Notes under the pieces: model-generated
The model's input: only the letters and a program-made list of their open reading frames with translations
Told to the model about the DNA's origin: nothing
Database searches by the model: none
Origin: the human T2T-CHM13v2.0 reference genome, Homo sapiens
Length of the DNA stretch: 64,000 nucleotides
Direction: 5' to 3' (one strand)
Assembly: GCF_009914755.1 (NCBI RefSeq)
Contig: NC_060931.1
Program-made: the position numbers and the translations under genes
Part shown: positions 57,543 to 64,000 of the stretch, piece after piece
Numbering within the stretch: the first letter of the stretch is position 1
How the letters are laid out: the number at the start of each line of letters is the position of its first letter

Positions 57543-57733
57543 GAGGAGTTCTCAATCTGGGGTCTGTGGATCACTTTTGGGCTTCAAAGTATCTGTGAAC
57601 CCTCGGAAATTCTATGCAATGCAAAATGTCTCATGTATGCACAGATGAGAACGTTTCTGTAAAAACGGTCCTTGATTTTCATCAGATTCAAAAAAGAGAC
57701 TGTGATTCCCCCAAAAAGGTTAAGAATGACTAG
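57543..57733. mobile_element. Old hAT-Charlie-type MITE
   Basis: Degenerate TIRs 'gagttctcaatctgggg'...'aaaaaggttaagaatgact'. Confidence 0.55.
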
Positions 57734-57794
57734 ACTCTAGTTCCACGGTGGTTGTCCACTGGTAATAAGTTAAGAATCAGGGGAACGCTACACC

Positions 57795-57834
57795 ACATAC
57801 ACATGTATACACAGCACATACACATGTACACACA

Positions 57835-57871
<37 letters not shown>
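57795..57871. repeat. (CA)n microsatellite
   Basis: Seen directly; pure run at about 57836-57871. Confidence 0.95.
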
Positions 57872-57872
<1 letters not shown>

Positions 57873-59654
57873 GAGAGAGAATTCTAGTCCAGGTTTTGCT
57901 TTTCAGTCCTATTTAGTAGAAGCTCAATTAATTAAAATTTGTTTTTCCTGAAAATTATTTTAGAAAATTTAATTTCCAAGTATACACGTGGAAAAAGAAG
58001 ATATATAGAAAAAATTAACAATGCTTCTTTGATAGGATTATGAATGATTTTTATTTTTTTCTTTATACTTTGTTTAAAATTTTCTACAAAATTGTATATT
58101 TTTTAATAATTAAGGAAAGAGAAATCTTTTTTTAAAAAAATACATTTATTTCAACCATATTGTAACTTCTGTTTAACTCCATTGCCTAATTCCAATGGAA
58201 AAAATGTATCTATCTGTAGCCTTCTTTGGAATATTTTCCAGATCTTCTCCCCGTCATCATTTCTATAGCCACTACTGCAGGAAGGTTTTATCATCGTGTA
58301 TCCCCTCTTCGGTGTGATTATGTCAGGAGCAGTCAATGCTAGAGAAATTTTTGCTCCTCTAATTTAATAATAATAACTAACATACATTAGGTACACCAAG
58401 TACCAGGCTCCTTGTAAATACCCTGCATACAATATCTCATATGATTATCTTTTATTTTAGAGTGAAGACTATTGGAGGCTTTGGAAAAGTTAAGCAATTG
58501 CTCAAGGTCACAAACTGGGAAGCTGGGACTCAAAGCCTTTGCTCTGACTTAAAGGCAAACAGAAAATATTCAAGTTAGAATTTAATGAATTTCCTCTCTC
58601 AGAAACATCCCCTGATTCCTCTGTAAAGCCACTTCACTTGTAAATTCAATTGTGGTCAATTCTATATGTTGTCTTTTTCCCCTGAAGTTTTGCTTCCAAG
58701 CCTCTCACCAACATCTTTACCAATGAATATCCTGCACTTTTCTTTAAAACCTCTTTCAAAACCTTTTCTGTCTTTTTCGTATTTCAACTTATTTTATTTC
58801 AAAACAAATTTATTAAATCTTTACTTTTTTTATTCTAGTGATATACATTAATTTCAATATTGCATTCCAGGTGATATTTATGTAAATATGTGAAAACTTA
58901 ATACTGTGGGCTGATTTGGCACTGTTTGTCACTCTTATTGTGTGCTTGACTCTCTCCCTCCCCTTCATCGGTTCTCTCTCTTTAAACTTTTTATTATGGG
59001 AAATAGACACAAATCAAGAGAATGGTGTGGTGAGCCCTTATATACCCAGTACCCACCTTCAACAGTTATCAGCTCATGGCCAGTCTTGTTTCCCTTGCAG
59101 TCCTACCACTTATCCTCATCCTGTGTTATTTTAAAGCAAATCTGAGGCATCATATTATCCCTAAATATATTTATACAAACCACAATATCATTACTACACT
59201 AAAAATTCACAATAATTCCTCAATATCATCAAATATCTAGTTAGTGTTCAAATAGCCAATCATGTTTAAAAGGTGTAGCTTTAAAAAATTACAGTTTGTT
59301 TAATTCAGAGTCCAGGTAAGGTCCCACACATTTCAATTGATTGATGTGCCTCTTATTTCTTTTAGTCTACCCCGTGTCAGTCCATTATTGCCTGTGGGCA
59401 GGAGGACTTAGCTCCCTGGGTGCACTCAGAGCTTTTGGTAGCCAACACTCAGGGAAGTTGGGGGGGATCTGGGGAGGGTATCCACTGCATCCACTGCTCA
59501 GGGGAATTAGGGGGAGAATTTCCAGGCACAAGGAACAGCATGAGCAAAAAAACACATGAATGGCACAGCGTAGCATGACAAACCCTTTCTTTAGAAAGTC
59601 TCCTAGCTTAGCACATTTAATTTCCATCTCTTCTTATTACTTTAGCAATTATCT

Positions 59655-60102
59655 GTGTCAGAGGTGGCCAAGTGTTCACCAGCATCCATGTTCCCCTTCT
59701 TCCTTTTTAGCCTTTTTAGCAATAGGCACGTAGCAACACAGCTATAGATAACATTGCCCACCCTTTCTGGCTGACAGATGTGGCCATATGTCTAAGTTTG
59801 GGTCAATAGGATGTGAGAATACAATATATATGCAACTACTGGGTAGAAAAAAAAATCTACATAAATTTTCTTTCAACCCCTTCCTGCTGGGAAATGGCAA
59901 CAAGCAGAGTTCTAGTCTTAGATGAAGACAGCTGTGTTGCTTCATCAGCATTTGCCCCTGAATGACCATATGGAACACAGTCACCTAACTACCCTAGGCC
60001 ATTCACTTACCTTAAGACTGATGAGAGAAAAATAAAAATAAACATCTCTTTTCTAAGTGACTATAATTTTATAACAGCAACGCATCCTTTACTATACCCA
60101 AT
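59655..60102. mobile_element. Old MLT1 solo LTR
   Basis: 'tgtggccatatgtctaagtttgggtcaataggatgtgag' and 'atgagagaaaaataaa...taagtgact'. Confidence 0.6.
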
Positions 60103-63100
60103 AGAGCATCCCATATGTAACATATTATTTCCTACTTTTCTGGTTCACTCATCAAGTATATACATTAGTCACCCTGGGAAAAGACACTATATTGGAAAGT
60201 GAATTTGCAAAAGTTGCTTAACCTCCTTGAGCCTCAGGTACTTATCTGCTAGAGAAAGAAAAGACATATCTATATCTCACAGTGGTTTTTTGTTTTGTTT
60301 TGTTTTCCTTTTCTCCCATCAGTAGACTGTAAAGTACTTGATTATAAGGGCCACAAACTTTAATGCTTTTTTCCCCTCAATCTCCCAAGCAGCAGTTATT
60401 GTAAAGGTCTTGACTGCCAAGTGCATAAAATTGTTAGTTATCTTGAGAAAGACAGTCCACTCAAATTTTGAAGGCCAGACATTTAGAAAATCAGATTTTT
60501 TAACTTTTAAGCCTCAAATAAAGTTAACTAGCTCTTGACATTTTAATATGCAGATGTTAATCTGCCAAATCTTGGGTGTATAAAAGCTTAGTTTCTGTCT
60601 ATAAGATAGATCGGGAAGGAATTTTTGAAAAGGACTAAATAGTGAACTTATTTTCTGACCCACAGAAGGCACACATCCTGTATGATATGTAGTCAATAAC
60701 TATGATTTATTAAAGCAGACACAATATGATATGATATATATAAAGCACCCAAAAGTTGCACATAGTTCACTTCCAGTGATGGTGACTGAAGCACGGTAGT
60801 GTGTGCATATGTATGTGTGTGTTGATGGGAATCAAGGGCAAGGGGGAAGGAAGGTTCACCTCTTAGAGGGATTAGTTGGCCTCAAGTGCATAGCTACTAC
60901 TGTTTTCAAAACAGAAAATAAGAAACAGCCCTCTCTATCATAAAAAGTCACTTTTGCCTGTATAGAAATGTGTGTCCAGCACATTGTTATTTCTTCTTAT
61001 CAAAGACCTGTGAATAAGCAACTGTTGTTAAAGATATATAACCAAAAGTTATTATTAACCATTATGCATCACTAACATAGCATTCGACAAACGTTCATAT
61101 GGTGTGTGCTAACCACAGGGCAAAAGCAAAAAAGAAAAAAAAAAGGACAATTCTAATTAGATCTAAAAATGTATCCCAAATGTGCTTCTAATCACTCATC
61201 CTCTCCGCTCTGTTGCCTTTTGAAGTGCCTCAGAGGCATTTAACACTTCACAAGAGGGGCCATAGGTGACATATTTCCTCATTCTTTCCAATTCCAGACA
61301 GCAGCTCACACACATCACAACATAAAGGTCACAAACATAGACAGATGCCTGTTCAGAATACAAATGTTGCTGGGCTTGTTTTTCTCTGAGGAGCGCTCCA
61401 TCCCAGTGAGTTGTAAGAGGAATGCACTTGGCAGTCTGTCATGTAACATGGCTGGTTGTGCCCTATTGTCTACTCTGAGACTTGTATTCACAGAAGGTGG
61501 GCTTCCCAGGGCCAAGGGCTGTTTAATAATGTGACAATTATTAACTCAGCAGCAAAAGTAACCTAAGAGATCACTGGCCCAAACTCCCACCCTTGCCCAA
61601 CATCTTTTACTAATGCCATCTGGCTTTTGCTGAGTGACCAGTTCTGAGAGGGCTCTTCTTGATTGCAGCTGGAAGGCAAGATGAAGCTGCTAAGTTACTT
61701 GGGACTCTTGAACTGTCTGCATGATCCAGCACAGATGTAGTCAATCTGCTATTTGATATGAGTTTGCCTCCTCCCACTTAGTGTTTGGGCAATTGAAAGA
61801 AGGAAGGGAAATTCCAGGACAGCCAACCAGTCTAGGGGAGGGGAGGTAGAACTGGGGAAATACAAAAGTATCAATGAAAAAAAGGAGAAAGAACACATAG
61901 GAAACAGATGCCTAAGGAATGAGAGGCAGATCAACCTGAGGAAGCTGATTTAAAAGAAGAAAAAAAGAAAGGGAGGCAAGCAAGGTATTTGTAGAGAAAC
62001 TCTGAAGGTGGCACTGTCAACTGATGGTTTATTTTTACTAAAAGAGTGCTGAGAACTCTGTCTGGAGTGAATGTGGTTACAACTATGAGGTACTGAGTTT
62101 ATTACTGTTGCCAAATTGAGAGCAACTTAGCAATGACTGTCAAAACTCTAAACACATATTCTAAGGGAACAACAATCCCATTGTTAAGGACATATTCTAC
62201 AGACACACAAACTCAACAGCAATGATGTTCACTGATTTGTTCATAGTTGCAAAAAACTGTAACAACCCAAATGTACATTAAAAGGGGAATGGTTAAATAA
62301 ATCATGGAATGTGAAAATATTAAAAAGAACAAAGTAACTATATATGCTGATGTGGAAAGCTGCTCACACTGTTTTAGGAATGAAGAAGGTTGTGAAATAT
62401 TTACACTAAAATTCTATTTGTGAAAAAAAGAGTCAATATATTTGTTTGCAAATGCACTGAAACTATCAGGAAAGATAAAAAAGGGAGCTTTATCTTTGGG
62501 GTTATTTCTGTTGGGGGTGATGAAGAGTTTGATGAGAGATTTTTATTTTTATTTACTTTCCATTTTATATCTTTCTATATTGTTTGCACATACACTGTTT
62601 ATATGAACTTTGCACAAAAAATACTGTGCAGTTGTGAAGAAAAGGTAACATTATGTACAAACATAAGTTTCCAAAACCTAGTATTAAGTACAAAAAGCTA
62701 GTTTTGAAATATTATGCATAATTTGACCTCACTTATGTTTTTAAAAATTATGTACAGGAGTATTCATAAAAAGAAAAAGATGGAAGGACACTCAAAACTT
62801 GTTTAACAATGTTACCTATTCAGAGAAGAGAACATTTCCATGTAACCCGAGTTTTAATTTCTAAAGAGTAAAACAAAATATTAAATTGTCTCTCCTACCT
62901 CTAGAGAAGGATGTTGTTGTAAAGGACTAGAAGTGACTCAATGACAGTCTAGTTATTTCCACACTGTGGCTCTCAGAGTAAGATTATAAATAAATGGTCC
63001 CAGGCTTTTTAAAGTCTAAAAACCATTAGTCTAATCACAAACTCATCATTATAGGTGACAAATACAAAAACCAACTTTGCCTAAGGTTACATTGTGGCAG

Positions 63101-63186
63101 AATAGAACTAGAAACTAGGTGTTTTGACTGCTAATTCTTTTTGTTTCTAATCATACCATGAACCATATCTAAGGAAAGCCAATATT

Positions 63187-63501
<315 letters not shown>

Positions 63502-63852
63502 AAGGAAAGCCAATATTTATTGTTCATTGATAATCTAACTACTAGTCTATTATGTACTAGGGACATGTACTTAGTAGATGATAAAGGGTAAAAGACAGCA
63601 AGACACAGACTCTACCTTGGAGAAAAACTGCAAACACACCAGAGAGACCCTCAGTGCTGGAGAAGAATCTGGACAGATCCCTCCTTATCTATAGCAAAAT
63701 TGGGGCTTGCTCTTAGGAACCCCTACTCAAAGACTCAGACTCCACAATACATCCTACATAAAGTCAAGGGAAGAGGGAGACTCCCCCTCTGCAGTCATAG
63801 CTTAGAAGATAAAATAAAAACAAGTTTTTACAATACATATTGTGAAGTGCCG

Positions 63853-64000
63853 GTACATCAGTCCGTTCTCAGGCTGCTAATAAAGACATACCTGAGACCG
63901 GGTAATTTATAAAGGAAAGAGGTTTAATTGACTCACTGTTCCGTGTGGTTGGGGAGGCTTCAGGAAACTTACAATCTTGGTGGAAGGGGAAGAAAACACA
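63853..64000. mobile_element. THE1/MST MaLR LTR, cut by the window edge
   Basis: 'gctgctaataaagacatacctgagaccgggtaatttataaaggaaagaggtttaattgactcac' is a typical THE1/MST end. Confidence 0.9.

Overview
Primate (very likely human, chr7q21.3) genomic DNA from the paraoxonase cluster. Both genes lie on the minus strand, head to tail. PON3 is complete: 9 coding exons of 74/71/56/166/127/201/82/129/159 nt = 1065 nt = 354 aa + stop, all introns GT-AG, with a CpG-island promoter at about 36.4-37.0 kb. PON2 exons 3-9 and its 3'UTR are present; exons 1-2 lie beyond the right edge. The rest is intronic or intergenic DNA rich in Alu, L1, L2, MIR, MaLR LTR and hAT MITE repeats, and most of the supplied ORFs are repeat-derived or chance. 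I see no novel gene system. The most unusual structure is PON3 intron 3, where a full-length L1PA is nested in the ORF2 endonuclease region of an older full-length L1PA, each with its own target-site duplication (TSD). The two copies appear to have exchanged sequence by gene conversion. The outer copy also carries an inverted 73-bp piece from another L1 and a 43-bp microhomology deletion. Regulatory candidates include a perfect splice donor upstream of the PON3 ATG, an IR0 nuclear-receptor palindrome in a small tandem repeat in intron 1, and weak or alternative PON2 splice sites. Repeat subfamily names and consensus comparisons are from memory and need RepeatMasker/Dfam confirmation.
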